From: a virus
Lineage: Duplodnaviria; Caudoviricetes
Length of the DNA: 53,375 nt
Direction: 5' to 3' (one strand)
Virus record (IMG/VR): IMGVR_UViG_3300032290_000786
Span: 1-53,375 of that record
This document shows, piece after piece, positions 28,758-37,575 of the stretch (position 1 is its first letter; each line of letters begins with the position of its first letter). The translations under genes were made by a program, and so were the position numbers. The notes beneath the pieces are model-generated. The model saw only the letters and a program-made list of their open reading frames with translations, searched no databases and was not told the origin of the DNA.

Positions 28758-29291
28758 GTGCATACTTGCCAAATTATGTTGATAGAAGCAGATAGTGCCC
28801 AAGAGGCTCTTGACTATGCCAAATCAACAATTACATATGCGGAAACTGCATACCCTGCTTGGTCTGATTGGCACGGCGGGATTGACGATAACGACTTGGC
28901 TGGACGCTGGAGTGGTTTGTTTGAGGGCTGGGAAGAAACACGAAATGTTCTTTGCTATGCCGAGAACCCTATTCTTGCTGAAGATGTTATCAAGGACTTC
29001 TTAGATAATCGCATTACAGAAATGAAACAACTTCGTTGGTCTTTGACAGAGGTAAAAGATTTCTCTCTTGATAAGGCAGTAGAGGACTATGACCCATACA
29101 CGCTGGACTTCAAGGACAGTATGAACTTGTATCGCTATCAAGTATTGGTCAAACTTCTCAACAACGATTGGTGTTCAAGCACGGGCGTCTATGACTTGCA
29201 AGAGCATACGGCTCACCTTGAATACTTCAAGAAGAGAGTCGCGGAGAACCCTGAAAAACAATTCTTGGTTCCTATTGACTTTCACTTCTAA
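28758..29291 (+). CDS. hypothetical protein
   Basis: WSDW..G...GRWSG, C-terminal VPIDFH. Confidence 0.75.
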   Translation: MHTCQIMLIEADSAQEALDYAKSTITYAETAYPAWSDWHGGIDDNDLAGRWSGLFEGWEETRNVLCYAENPILAEDVIKDFLDNRITEMKQLRWSLTEVKDFSLDKAVEDYDPYTLDFKDSMNLYRYQVLVKLLNNDWCSSTGVYDLQEHTAHLEYFKKRVAENPEKQFLVPIDFHF

Positions 29292-29330
29292 TTTAGATAC
29301 AATACGGCTATCCACTAGAAAGGGAAACAA

Positions 29331-29570
29331 ATGGAAACAGAGTTTGGAAAAATGGTAGAAGAAACAACTTATGTTGTTGAGACACCTACTTGCCATATGT
29401 GTGGCAAGGGTGGCACGGTTGAAGTTCCTATGAAGGGATTTCTTATCCGACAACTTGGCGGACTTATTCAGGACGCCTATCCCGATTTAGATTTGGCGTT
29501 GCGTGAGCAAATGCTCTCAGGCACGCACCCTAAATGCTGGGAGACTATGACGGCAGGGTGGGAAGAGTGA
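29331..29570 (+). CDS. Zn-finger protein
   Basis: CHMCG, IQDAYPDL...REQMLSGTHPKCW. Confidence 0.75.
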   Translation: METEFGKMVEETTYVVETPTCHMCGKGGTVEVPMKGFLIRQLGGLIQDAYPDLDLALREQMLSGTHPKCWETMTAGWEE

Positions 29571-29707
29571 GTATTTGTTATAAGTGCGGTTGGGAACTAC
29601 GGCAAGACTTTGGTCTATGGACAGACAGCCTCAACGGAGTTGTCTGCGATTGGGTTGGTGGCGAGCCTTTCCCACACGAAGTAAAAGAAAATCTAGTTGC
29701 TGCATAA
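29567..29707 (+). CDS. small Cys-containing protein
   Basis: GTGA overlap; CYKCG; read manually. Confidence 0.45.
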   Translation: MSICYKCGWELRQDFGLWTDSLNGVVCDWVGGEPFPHEVKENLVAA

Positions 29708-29731
29708 CGGCAAGGACAGGAAAAAGTAAAA

Positions 29732-29977
29732 ATGAGAGTAAAAGATTTGATTGCACAACTGGGAAGTTATGACGGCGACACGGAGTTGATAGTTGCATAC
29801 TGGGATAAAGACACAGTAGAAGGCTACGCTTCAGGTTGGGGCGAGAAAGATAGGTTTGTTCTAACGGACGACCAATGGTCTAATGTTGTTGATATGTATG
29901 ATGACGGAGAGTGGCACTTCCAAAGTTCGGCTGCCGATACTCTTGTTGATTTAGCAAGAGAGGCTACCAATGAGTAA
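29732..29977 (+). CDS. hypothetical protein
   Basis: MRVKDLIAQL N-terminus; motif A abuts the start. Confidence 0.7.
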   Translation: MRVKDLIAQLGSYDGDTELIVAYWDKDTVEGYASGWGEKDRFVLTDDQWSNVVDMYDDGEWHFQSSAADTLVDLAREATNE

Positions 29978-30131
29978 AACTTGGAAAATAACTTTTGTCT
30001 CACACTTTGGGACAGAGGTAGTTTCTGAAACCCAAAGGGGTGCTGAAGCCCTTGCACAAGATTGGCTGGAGAACGAGTATGGACACGACCTTGCTCGCGC
30101 CACCGAAATTGAGGTTGAGGAAATCGTGTGA
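29970..30131 (+). CDS. small hypothetical protein
   Basis: GAGG RBS; read manually. Confidence 0.55.
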   Translation: MSKTWKITFVSHFGTEVVSETQRGAEALAQDWLENEYGHDLARATEIEVEEIV

Positions 30132-30142
30132 GTCAAATCACA
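30127..30142. promoter_or_regulatory. CRP/GlxR-type site
   Basis: Perfect TGTGA-N6-TCACA centred about 62 bp upstream of the predicted TSS of promoter 30164. Confidence 0.6.
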
Positions 30143-30267
30143 TAAAGAAATGTTTGTTTCAACTTGACTCTGTATCTGAAACCTGTATAATTCGTGTTAG
30201 TGGTTGAGAAGTTCTCTACTACGACAGGGTGAGAAGGTCTCTCCCAAATGACGAAAGGACAAGGGCT

Positions 30268-30696
30268 ATCACACAGCCAGCAAACGCTACTGCGATTAGC
30301 AGAGCAAAAATTACAGCACCTGCTGTAATTACAGAAACAACAGCAACAACTATTGAGACAACAACAAAGTATGTTGCTCTTGATACTGTTGCAGACATCG
30401 CTGATGTTCTCGCTAAGTTTGAGGACAACAAGAAGAAGACAAAGGACTTGGAAAAAGAATACGAGTCTCTAAAGTCTGAAATCTACACAGCACTTGGATA
30501 CCAAAAGATTGGAACTAAGTGGGTAGGAGTTGCTGAAGAAGGAACTCTTGCAGGGGTCTCTGTCGTAAAGGTAGAGAAGCAAATCCGAAATAATTTCAAT
30601 AAGGAAGATTTCCTTATGGCAAACCCTGAACTACTTGCAGTAGTTGAGAGTTTCACAACACCAAACGAAGTGTCTGTTCTAAAGACAGTTCGCTAA
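30268..30696 (+). CDS. hypothetical coiled-coil protein (start uncertain: ATC 30268 or GTG 30229)
   Basis: RBS AAAGGA lies 8 nt before an in-frame ATC. Confidence 0.65.
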   Translation: MTQPANATAISRAKITAPAVITETTATTIETTTKYVALDTVADIADVLAKFEDNKKKTKDLEKEYESLKSEIYTALGYQKIGTKWVGVAEEGTLAGVSVVKVEKQIRNNFNKEDFLMANPELLAVVESFTTPNEVSVLKTVR

Positions 30697-30705
30697 GGTC
30701 TAGAG

Positions 30706-30733
30706 AAGCCCCCACCGAAAGGTGGGGGTTTTT
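30706..30733 (+). terminator. intrinsic terminator
   Basis: GCCCCCACC-GAAA-GGTGGGGGTTTTT. Confidence 0.85.
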
Positions 30734-30772
30734 CACACTCAACAGGAAAAAGTAAAAAAGAAACAGGGGGCT

Positions 30773-31183
30773 ATGCCAAACAACAATCCACTTCCTAAAA
30801 AGAAGTTCAAGCACAATCCTTTTGATACAAAAGGAAAAGGGATACACACCTACGAACCTATTGGGTTTGTAACAGATGAAGGAGAAATCCTTATCAACGA
30901 AGAAACTGTATGGATACCTACTTGCTATGGTGGAAAACAGTTAGATGAAGAAGAACTTACCTACGCACTTATGAGCAATAGTAGTTATGACTTCTTTATG
31001 AAACTTCTTGGTATGAAGATAGGCACAGGCGCACCTCATAGGAATTGTCCTGATTGTGCGGTAATCAACTCGCAGGATTGGTTAGAGATGTCTGACTATA
31101 TGACGCTAGAAGAAATCTTCCAACAAGTTGATGAACAAAATCCTAAAGACCCTGATGATTGGTCTATGGACGAAGAAGACTAA
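30773..31183 (+). CDS. hypothetical protein
   Basis: AGGGGG RBS. Confidence 0.65.
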   Translation: MPNNNPLPKKKFKHNPFDTKGKGIHTYEPIGFVTDEGEILINEETVWIPTCYGGKQLDEEELTYALMSNSSYDFFMKLLGMKIGTGAPHRNCPDCAVINSQDWLEMSDYMTLEEIFQQVDEQNPKDPDDWSMDEED

Positions 31184-31240
31184 GACTTGACAAGATAAGT
31201 CTAGTTCGCTATACTTAGAGAAGAAAAGGGGGTTAGTCAA

Positions 31241-31507
31241 ATGACTAATGAAACAATAGAAGTAAAGGTAGATGCCCAAGAGGTTGCGTATCTACAAATG
31301 AGTTTGGCGTTACTTATCACTATGCTCGGTAGTGATATGGAAGAGTGGCAGAACAAAAAAGACTCTTCTATGGATAAGATGTTTATGCTTATGGAAACAA
31401 AACTTGGCGTTATGAACTTATGGCGTAAGGTTTTGATTACTGCGGGTGCTGACCCTGAAGAGTTAGCACGCCATATCATTGAGTCGGGGGATAACGAAAA
31501 TGGCTGA
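31241..31507 (+). CDS. hypothetical protein
   Basis: Promoter 31187 plus RBS. Confidence 0.65.
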   Translation: MTNETIEVKVDAQEVAYLQMSLALLITMLGSDMEEWQNKKDSSMDKMFMLMETKLGVMNLWRKVLITAGADPEELARHIIESGDNENG

Positions 31508-31730
31508 ACACCATTACATAATCAAGTTTGACGACATAACACAAGAGTGGTCGCAAGATGTAGATAGCGAAGAGGTGCGGTTTCCTGATGGAACTATTTG
31601 GGAAGAGGCAACTGATGAGTGGTTCTACCCATACATTGGCGAAGGTGAGTTTTACCGAAAGGCTGATGAGATTGACGAGCGACTTGGAAAAGTTGTGTCT
31701 ATGCTCAACGAGCAAGAGGGAGTTGAGTAA
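31500..31730 (+). CDS. hypothetical protein
   Basis: Overlapping operon. Confidence 0.65.
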   Translation: MAEHHYIIKFDDITQEWSQDVDSEEVRFPDGTIWEEATDEWFYPYIGEGEFYRKADEIDERLGKVVSMLNEQEGVE

Positions 31731-31966
31731 TGGATAATATAAATCTTTCACGAACAGTAATGTTCGTTGGTGATTACTTTACTCTTATGACCACAGTTGT
31801 TTTAGACGACAGCCTTCGTAATGAGGGTGAAGGAAATAACGACTTTGCGGTTCGCTTGGCTTCCGTATTCATTAGTGAATACTACGGCTTTGATGTTGCG
31901 TCCGTGTCTAATGACATTGGCGTAGTTGATGAAGGCGGTGAAGAGGTAGATGATGAGCAGTCTTGA
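31730..31966 (+). CDS. hypothetical protein
   Basis: TAATG coupling. Confidence 0.65.
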   Translation: MDNINLSRTVMFVGDYFTLMTTVVLDDSLRNEGEGNNDFAVRLASVFISEYYGFDVASVSNDIGVVDEGGEEVDDEQS

Positions 31967-32294
31967 TTTGTTCGTAGATTTTGCTGACAAGTTGGATAGC
32001 GGTGAGTTGGATACTAAACTTTCTGAGATTAGAAAACTTGTTGAGGCGCGGTATGCCCTGACTAAGCAAAAAGTAAAAATTGACGACTTCGCTGTCGGGG
32101 ATAGAGTTTCTATCAACGATAGATGTGGAACTAAGTATTTAGTTGGTGAGTTGGCAACTGTTACTGATATACGAAGAACTAAAATCAAAATTACCTTTGA
32201 CAATCCTAAGGGTAGATTTGCTCGGACTAACTCGGCTGGGCAAACTTATTCTGCGGAAGTAATCGTGCCATTGGAAATTGTTGATAAAATATAA
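31950..32294 (+). CDS. SH3/KOW-like hypothetical protein
   Basis: F.VGDRVSI...YLVG..ATV...RTK. Confidence 0.65.
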   Translation: MMSSLDLFVDFADKLDSGELDTKLSEIRKLVEARYALTKQKVKIDDFAVGDRVSINDRCGTKYLVGELATVTDIRRTKIKITFDNPKGRFARTNSAGQTYSAEVIVPLEIVDKI

Positions 32295-32301
32295 GCATTG
32301 A

Positions 32302-32390
32302 CTTGCCGTGTCCCCCCCTTTCTCACGGCAAGGCATAGAGCGTTTGCTCGCTCCGATAACCCCCTCTCACCTGTCTGAGTTGGGGTTATT
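32302..32390 (+). other. three consecutive 3'-UTR hairpins, the first with an anti-SD-like loop
   Basis: CTTGCCGTG-TCCCCCCCTTTCT-CACGGCAAG; GAGCG/CGCTC; ATAACCCC/GGGGTTAT. Confidence 0.65.
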
Positions 32391-32460
32391 GTGTTTCATT
32401 ACTTGACAAATAAAAACCTATGCTGTATGCTTACGACAACAAGGAAAGGGGGAAAATCAA

Positions 32461-32676
32461 ATTCCAAAATACACAGATGTAATACCAAAATATCCTGATG
32501 TAGAAGTTGCTCTTGTAGGAGAAGATGGCAACGCGGTAGCAATAATGGGACGAGTCGCTTCGGCTCTCCGTCGTGCTGGCGTATCTTCAGAAGAGATAAA
32601 CGAGTATCTTGACGAAAGTATGGCGGGCGATTACAACAATGTTCTTCGCACCGCTATGAAGTGGGTAGCCGTATAA
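32461..32676 (+). CDS. conserved actinophage small protein, probable non-ATG (ATT) start
   Basis: LVGEDGNA.AIMGRV..ALRRAG...GDYNNVL...KWV; promoter 32403 and RBS precede ATT. Confidence 0.65.
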   Translation: MPKYTDVIPKYPDVEVALVGEDGNAVAIMGRVASALRRAGVSSEEINEYLDESMAGDYNNVLRTAMKWVAV

Positions 32677-32693
32677 CCACGGCTCACGCTTAG

Positions 32694-32727
32694 GAAGCCC
32701 CTGCCTTACGGCGGGGGTTTCTTTTTT
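32694..32727 (+). terminator. intrinsic terminator
   Basis: GCCCCTGCC-TTAC-GGCGGGGGTTTCTTTTTT. Confidence 0.85.
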
Positions 32728-32767
32728 GTCCAAATCACCCCTTCAGATTTAGATTACTCTTTCAGGT

Positions 32768-33013
32768 ATGGATATTGTTTCTAAAGACTTTCACGCTAAT
32801 GGCTCTGGCGCACCCTTTATGGTGGCTATTGTTGATGACCCGAAAGACGGAGACACGAAACTTGTCATAATGTTTGACGAGCCTGACTTTACGGCTGTCC
32901 TTTCGCTAGACTACTTGTTGAGAGATGAAGATATTTCTTCTAGATACAACGGGCACGATGGGGCAAGATACGAAAAACTTCGTGAAGATTTGTGGGACGG
33001 GTTTGTAAGTTAG
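32768..33013 (+). CDS. hypothetical protein
   Basis: H.NG.GAPF motif. Confidence 0.7.
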   Translation: MDIVSKDFHANGSGAPFMVAIVDDPKDGDTKLVIMFDEPDFTAVLSLDYLLRDEDISSRYNGHDGARYEKLREDLWDGFVS

Positions 33014-33040
33014 CAAAAAGTAAAAAAGAGAGGGAAGAAG

Positions 33041-33610
33041 ATGACAACAATTGCTGCAATTCAAGGTGAGACTTGGGCTGTCGTCGGCTACGACTCTCGC
33101 GTTACTGAAGAGGGCGACAAGATTTACTCTCTGCCAAAAGACAATGGCAAGTTGTTCAAGAACGGTAATTATCTTCTTGGCGCGGCTGGCGATATGAGAG
33201 CAGTGAATTTGCTGGCTTATGTGTTCAAGCCACCTGTAATAAGCCCAACAACTTACGGAGTCAAACTTGATAAGTTTATTTCTACTTCCTTTATACCTGA
33301 ACTGAAGAAATGCTTTGAGGAAGCCTCATACTCAAAAGATGGCGACCAAGACTCTCAAGTTATGTGTATAGTCAATGGAACTATCTACGAAATAGGAAAT
33401 GACTATTCGTGGGCACGAGATGAGACTGGCGTATATGCCATAGGCTCGGGTAGTGCATACGCACTCGGCGCACTTATAGCAACCCTAGAAACTAGGAAAC
33501 GAACTCTTGCTACGGCGAAGACGCTTGTGAGACAAGCAATAACTATCGCTTCCAAACTTGACCCAAGCACGGCTCCGCCTATTTATGTAAATGTGCAACA
33601 CTTCGGATAA
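33041..33610 (+). CDS. Ntn hydrolase, HslV/proteasome-beta-like (paralog of 327-869)
   Basis: M-TTIAAIQG, DSRVT, AIGSGS.YALGAL. Confidence 0.75.
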   Translation: MTTIAAIQGETWAVVGYDSRVTEEGDKIYSLPKDNGKLFKNGNYLLGAAGDMRAVNLLAYVFKPPVISPTTYGVKLDKFISTSFIPELKKCFEEASYSKDGDQDSQVMCIVNGTIYEIGNDYSWARDETGVYAIGSGSAYALGALIATLETRKRTLATAKTLVRQAITIASKLDPSTAPPIYVNVQHFG

Positions 33611-33668
33611 CTTGACTCTATAGTTTCTTGGTGCTATTGTTTGGTTACACCGAACGAAAGGACACCTA

Positions 33669-33794
33669 GTGATAAACCAAGATAACAATGGTCTTGAATA
33701 TGACCCTTGGTCTGAAGACGAAGAAGATGCGGTTGAGCAAGAATTAGATGTTGAAGAGGACAAAGGACACGAAATGTGGCTAGGTCTTGAATAA
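33669..33794 (+). CDS. small acidic protein
   Basis: Promoter 33612, GAAAGGA RBS, downstream terminator. Confidence 0.5.
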   Translation: MINQDNNGLEYDPWSEDEEDAVEQELDVEEDKGHEMWLGLE

Positions 33795-33809
33795 ATAATT
33801 TCTTTACAG

Positions 33810-33845
33810 AAAACCCCCGTGCAAATGTGCGGGGGTTTTTTCTTT
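33810..33845 (+). terminator. intrinsic terminator
   Basis: AAAACCCCCGTGC-AAAT-GTGCGGGGGTTTTT. Confidence 0.85.
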
Positions 33846-34015
33846 CTGGCCGGCGTTCGCCGGTTCGGAAACTACAAACAACTTCAGAACTTCCACAGCG
33901 CAGAGGAGTGAATTTTTACTTTTTGCTATTGACGATGCTGCCCACTAGCCATCTTGGTAAATAAATTGTTGATAGATACTTGACTTCAGTTTGCATAATT
34001 GCTATACTACGGTTA

Positions 34016-34094
34016 TTCAGTAGGGGGAAAGTCGCTGGTCACCTGAACGCTCGGAACGCTAGCGGGGCGGAAACAATACGACTCCCCTACTGAA
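34016..34094 (+). ncRNA. structured leader / small RNA starting at predicted TSS
   Basis: 11-bp stem TTCAGTAGGGG/CCCCTACTGAA with inner AGTCG/CGACT and CGCTC/GGGCG stems; follows promoter 33980. Confidence 0.45.
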
Positions 34095-34117
34095 CCTAAC
34101 TAGAAAAGGGGAACAAT

Positions 34118-34363
34118 ATGGACTTGCTAACTATGGTGCAGGTAGATGCTCACTTGAAAGGGAATGTCTATCCACCGATGCCGCAATATCTTGAACAGGC
34201 TATTGAAGCCGTAGAAAACTGCCGTGAAGGTAATGGCGATGCTATCGTTACTTTACCTACAGATATGAAGCCACTACCAAACTGCGCCGTAAAAACAGAT
34301 GCAGGTTATGCAATTACTTCAGAAGAGTTATCTCTGATACTGAACCTAGAAAGTCTTATCTAA
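34118..34363 (+). CDS. hypothetical protein
   Basis: HLKGNVYPP; strong RBS. Confidence 0.7.
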   Translation: MDLLTMVQVDAHLKGNVYPPMPQYLEQAIEAVENCREGNGDAIVTLPTDMKPLPNCAVKTDAGYAITSEELSLILNLESLI

Positions 34364-34421
34364 TACTTGACTTGCACGGAAAGATAAGTTACACTATCAA
34401 TACCTTAGGAAAGGGGTAAAA

Positions 34422-34805
34422 GTGGATACACTTGAAAAACTAGTAGTTACTCTCCAAAGTGACTGCACCTGCAGTAATGAAGATGAAACTCCGGCGAGCG
34501 ATTGCTTCGGTTGTTGGGACGACTCGGTTGAATACTTCAAAGAAGTTATCTCAACTTGGCGTGAGCGTGCGGGTATTGACGCAGACCTTGTTCGTATCGA
34601 AGGCAGAGGAATGACTTGGCAGAGCCTAAGTGGCCACGCTATCACCAACCTAGATACTCTCTACAAGGCTCTCACAATAAACGGGGACTTTAGACTTACC
34701 TTCACCCTAGAGGGTGAAACACTCACTGCAACACGCCATAGCCACGATGAACCTATGGGTTGTTCGTTCGCCTTCGCTCCACACGAGAGGGAAGACGAAG
34801 ACTAA
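34422..34805 (+). CDS. hypothetical protein
   Basis: CTC...CFGCW, SHDEPMG. Confidence 0.75.
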   Translation: MDTLEKLVVTLQSDCTCSNEDETPASDCFGCWDDSVEYFKEVISTWRERAGIDADLVRIEGRGMTWQSLSGHAITNLDTLYKALTINGDFRLTFTLEGETLTATRHSHDEPMGCSFAFAPHEREDED

Positions 34806-34815
34806 GAATACAGAG

Positions 34816-34850
34816 ATAGCCCCTCGCGGAAAACGCGGGGGGTTATTTTT
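34816..34850 (+). terminator. intrinsic terminator
   Basis: TAGCCCCTCGCG-GAAAA-CGCGGGGGGTTATTTTT. Confidence 0.8.
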
Positions 34851-35041
34851 ATGCCCAAAAGTTATTCGCAAGTGGGCTGCCGCCAGGGGAGTATTTTTAC
34901 TTTTTGCTAAAGCCGGCTGCCGGGTCCGGTGCGGAACTACAAACAACTAAAAATAAATAAAAGATTTTTCCAAATGGACTTGACAGAATGAAAAGTAGGC
35001 GAGTATAATCTGCCATAACAACAAAGAAAGGGGGAAACCTT

Positions 35042-35197
35042 ATGGACAGAAAAAAGTTGATAGCAAAGATTGTCAATGAGCAAATGGACGAAGCCGTTAC
35101 ATACTCACCTACATCTTTTGCTTACGCAATGAGCGAGGTTGAATATCGCCTTGACTCACTACTACGCCTTCGCCCCACAAAGAATTTTAGCGAATAA
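35042..35197 (+). CDS. small hypothetical protein
   Basis: Promoter 34980, AGAAAGGGGG RBS. Confidence 0.55.
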   Translation: MDRKKLIAKIVNEQMDEAVTYSPTSFAYAMSEVEYRLDSLLRLRPTKNFSE

Positions 35198-35230
35198 GGG
35201 ATAGACCCGTTGGGCGCGGGTCGCTATCTC

Positions 35231-35266
35231 GGATAACCCCCCTTCGTGGTGGTTGGGGGGTTATCC
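35231..35266. terminator. strong hairpin, probable terminator
   Basis: GGATAACCCCCC/GGGGGGTTATCC. Confidence 0.65.
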
Positions 35267-35352
35267 ACCTAAAAAAGATTTTTCTAAATAGACTTGACAA
35301 AACAAAACACCAAATGCTAGAATACTCACACACCAACAGAAAGGGTTACAAA

Positions 35353-35595
35353 ATGAAAAAACTCATTTTGGTAAAAAACTCCGACGGACAGCGCGGAGCA
35401 AATGGCAAGAAAAAGATTTACGAGATTGTCGTAGTTGATAATCGCGTAATCACATCTTGGGGTAAGGCAGAAGAACTCCATAAGCAACAGACCCAAACAA
35501 AAGTCTTTGCTTCATCACAGCAAGCACTTTGGTTCGCTTTTGATAAGCAAATGGCGAAAGAAGCCAAAGGCTACGAATTAGTAGCAAGCCTCTAA
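35353..35595 (+). CDS. WGR-domain protein
   Basis: KKIYEI......VITSWGK......Q.K.F......K...K.AKGY. Confidence 0.7.
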   Translation: MKKLILVKNSDGQRGANGKKKIYEIVVVDNRVITSWGKAEELHKQQTQTKVFASSQQALWFAFDKQMAKEAKGYELVASL

Positions 35596-35610
35596 AAATT
35601 GAATAAGGGG

Positions 35611-35638
35611 AGCCCCGCAGAAATGCGGGGTTTCTTTT
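35611..35638 (+). terminator. intrinsic terminator
   Basis: GCCCCGCA-GAAA-TGCGGGGTTTCTTTT. Confidence 0.85.
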
Positions 35639-35667
35639 ACAAAAACGAGAATAGGAAAAAGTAAAAA

Positions 35668-35781
35668 ATGATGAACTTGAATGATTATCTAAATGGAAAA
35701 GTTGTTCCTGTATGCGATGAATGTAAAAAAGAACTTAGCCCAGACGAACTAGGCTACGGACACGATTGCGAGGTAGCGTAA
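35668..35781 (+). CDS. small Cys/His protein
   Basis: CDEC...GHDCE; TAATG coupling. Confidence 0.5.
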   Translation: MMNLNDYLNGKVVPVCDECKKELSPDELGYGHDCEVA

Positions 35782-36134
35782 TGATTGATTTTGATTTAGT
35801 AGAAGAAAGAGTGAGCGAGGCTAAGGCTATTGCTTGGGATACTTGCCACAAGATTTATTTGCTAATGGACGATAAGCAGGTAGAACTAATGCGCGAGTAT
35901 GGATACGACCCACTTATTACTAATGCGGAAGCAACACCTGAAAAGATGTTAGAACTTCTAAAAGAGTGGTTCGAGGGTTCTTGCGGTCTTAGATTTATTG
36001 ATGCGGTGAGCACCCACCCAACAGACCCGAACAAGGGGTTTGAAACTCTCATAGGGCAGGGCGACTATGACCTTGAAGAAGAAGACACGCCACAAGGCGC
36101 ACAGATTATAGATTTGACATACAAGCCTATCTAA
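35781..36134 (+). CDS. hypothetical protein
   Basis: IAWDTCHKIYLLMD, WFEGSCGLRFI. Confidence 0.75.
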   Translation: MIDFDLVEERVSEAKAIAWDTCHKIYLLMDDKQVELMREYGYDPLITNAEATPEKMLELLKEWFEGSCGLRFIDAVSTHPTDPNKGFETLIGQGDYDLEEEDTPQGAQIIDLTYKPI

Positions 36135-36171
36135 TGTTACTATTGGTCTTAGAAAGAAAGGGGAATACCAA

Positions 36172-36354
36172 ATGGGTATCGCAATAGGCACAACAATTAC
36201 AGTAACTTTTGATGCACGCCAGATAGCACAACTTGATTGCGTTCTTCAAGAGTTTGAAATGATGAACTACAAAGAAGAAACAGAACACCAGAAGATAAAT
36301 GTTGAGAGAGTCAATAACATCTTCAAGGCACTACACGAGGCAGGATACAGATAA
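36172..36354 (+). CDS. hypothetical protein
   Basis: Promoter 36114 plus RBS. Confidence 0.6.
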   Translation: MGIAIGTTITVTFDARQIAQLDCVLQEFEMMNYKEETEHQKINVERVNNIFKALHEAGYR

Positions 36355-36482
36355 TGCGTAAGGTCTTGGAAGATGGGCTAACAGTATGCACGCCTTGCGG
36401 TGATGGCATAGATGGTGCGCTCATAGATTTTGAGGTAGAACGAAACGAAGCAGAACCAGACTGCGACTTTTGCGGAAAGTGA
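36354..36482 (+). CDS. small Zn-finger protein
   Basis: CTPC...CDFC; TAATG coupling. Confidence 0.5.
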   Translation: MRKVLEDGLTVCTPCGDGIDGALIDFEVERNEAEPDCDFCGK

Positions 36483-36545
36483 TTTGACTTTCATATTTAT
36501 GTATAGTATGATTTGATTATCAAGGAAAGCGAGGGGGGTGAACAA

Positions 36546-36770
36546 ATGATAACTTTCGGAGATTATGTAAATTGGGTAGAGCCTAATGGCAACTACACTA
36601 ACTACTGTATTCAATGCGGACGCAAGACAGGTAAGAACGCTTATCTAGTAAATGTGTCCACAAGCGGTGCGGTTCTACACCCAGCAAGCGAGGCAGACTC
36701 ACAAGGGTTCTGGCAGATAGGCAGAGAGTGTGCAAAGGAATTTGACCAAGGCGCACTAGTCAAGAACTAA
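36546..36770 (+). CDS. Zn-finger protein
   Basis: CIQCGRK...IGRECAK. Confidence 0.7.
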   Translation: MITFGDYVNWVEPNGNYTNYCIQCGRKTGKNAYLVNVSTSGAVLHPASEADSQGFWQIGRECAKEFDQGALVKN

Positions 36771-36787
36771 ATAAAATTGAAAAAGAC

Positions 36788-36817
36788 AGCCCCAGAGAAA
36801 TCTGGGGTTTTCTTTTT
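36788..36817 (+). terminator. intrinsic terminator
   Basis: GCCCCAGA-GAAA-TCTGGGGTTTTCTTTTT. Confidence 0.85.
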
Positions 36818-36926
36818 GAGGCTGTAGCAAAAAGTAAAAACTCACCAAGATGGCTAGTGAGGTTCTGAAATTGTTTATAGTTGAAAACACCTAGCCACTA
36901 AATCAGAAAATCTCACAGAAAAAAGA

Positions 36927-36942
36927 TGTGAGTTACTTCACA
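36927..36942. promoter_or_regulatory. CRP/GlxR-type site
   Basis: Perfect TGTGA-GTTACT-TCACA in intergenic DNA. Confidence 0.55.
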
Positions 36943-37085
36943 GTAAAAATGTCCGTTTTGTCTTTACACTTTTTTCGCTAAGGGTTTTTACCTTTTCAAC
37001 TACAAACAACTTATGGACTTCAAGGGTCAAAACTTGACAAGTCTTCATCTAATGTCCTATACTTATAGAAACGAAAGGAAAACTA

Positions 37086-37307
37086 ATGAAGTATCTACTA
37101 CACCTACACCCCGCCGAGAGGCGTGCCTATAAGATTATCGCCTATGTAATAGGTGCGGTTCTACTATTTGTTCTTTTGCTTGACGCCTCTGCGCTAGGGC
37201 TTATCGTGTTCTTCGCTATGGGTTGGTATGCCAAGAGCAAGTATGACCTCAAACAAAAGAAGATAGCCAAGAAGAAAAAGAAGATAGAAGCACTTGACAA
37301 GCAATAA
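37086..37307 (+). CDS. membrane protein
   Basis: Hydrophobic core, basic tail; promoter 37034. Confidence 0.65.
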   Translation: MKYLLHLHPAERRAYKIIAYVIGAVLLFVLLLDASALGLIVFFAMGWYAKSKYDLKQKKIAKKKKKIEALDKQ

Positions 37308-37353
37308 TCAGTATGCTACACTTATAGCATAAGGACAACGAAAGGGGAAAGAA

Positions 37354-37536
37354 ATGAAGGGATTACCTGATAGTGCGGTTGTTGGAACATACAAGCGTGC
37401 TAAGCACTATGCTCGCAAAAATCGTGGTGGTTCTCTAAAACAATGTAAGCGCGAGGAAGAAATTGTTTTCAACGCATTATTCAACCTCACAGTATTCGGA
37501 TTGAGCAAGATTGTGAGTTTGACAAAGAAGAACTAA
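37354..37536 (+). CDS. hypothetical basic protein
   Basis: Promoter 37294 plus RBS. Confidence 0.6.
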   Translation: MKGLPDSAVVGTYKRAKHYARKNRGGSLKQCKREEEIVFNALFNLTVFGLSKIVSLTKKN

Positions 37537-37575
37537 TTTGCTAGACTTACACCAATGACGAAAGGAAAAAGTAAA

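Noticed and set aside
21185-34083. Hammerhead ribozyme in the two TSS hairpins (CTGGATGACGAAA; CTGAA...GAAAC)
   Set aside because: Core CUGANGA, stem II and cleavage-site geometry are not satisfied
18057-36963. AA(T/C)GTCC..TTTGTCTT-like motif at about 18057 (reverse) and 36948
   Set aside because: Only two imperfect copies; could be chance
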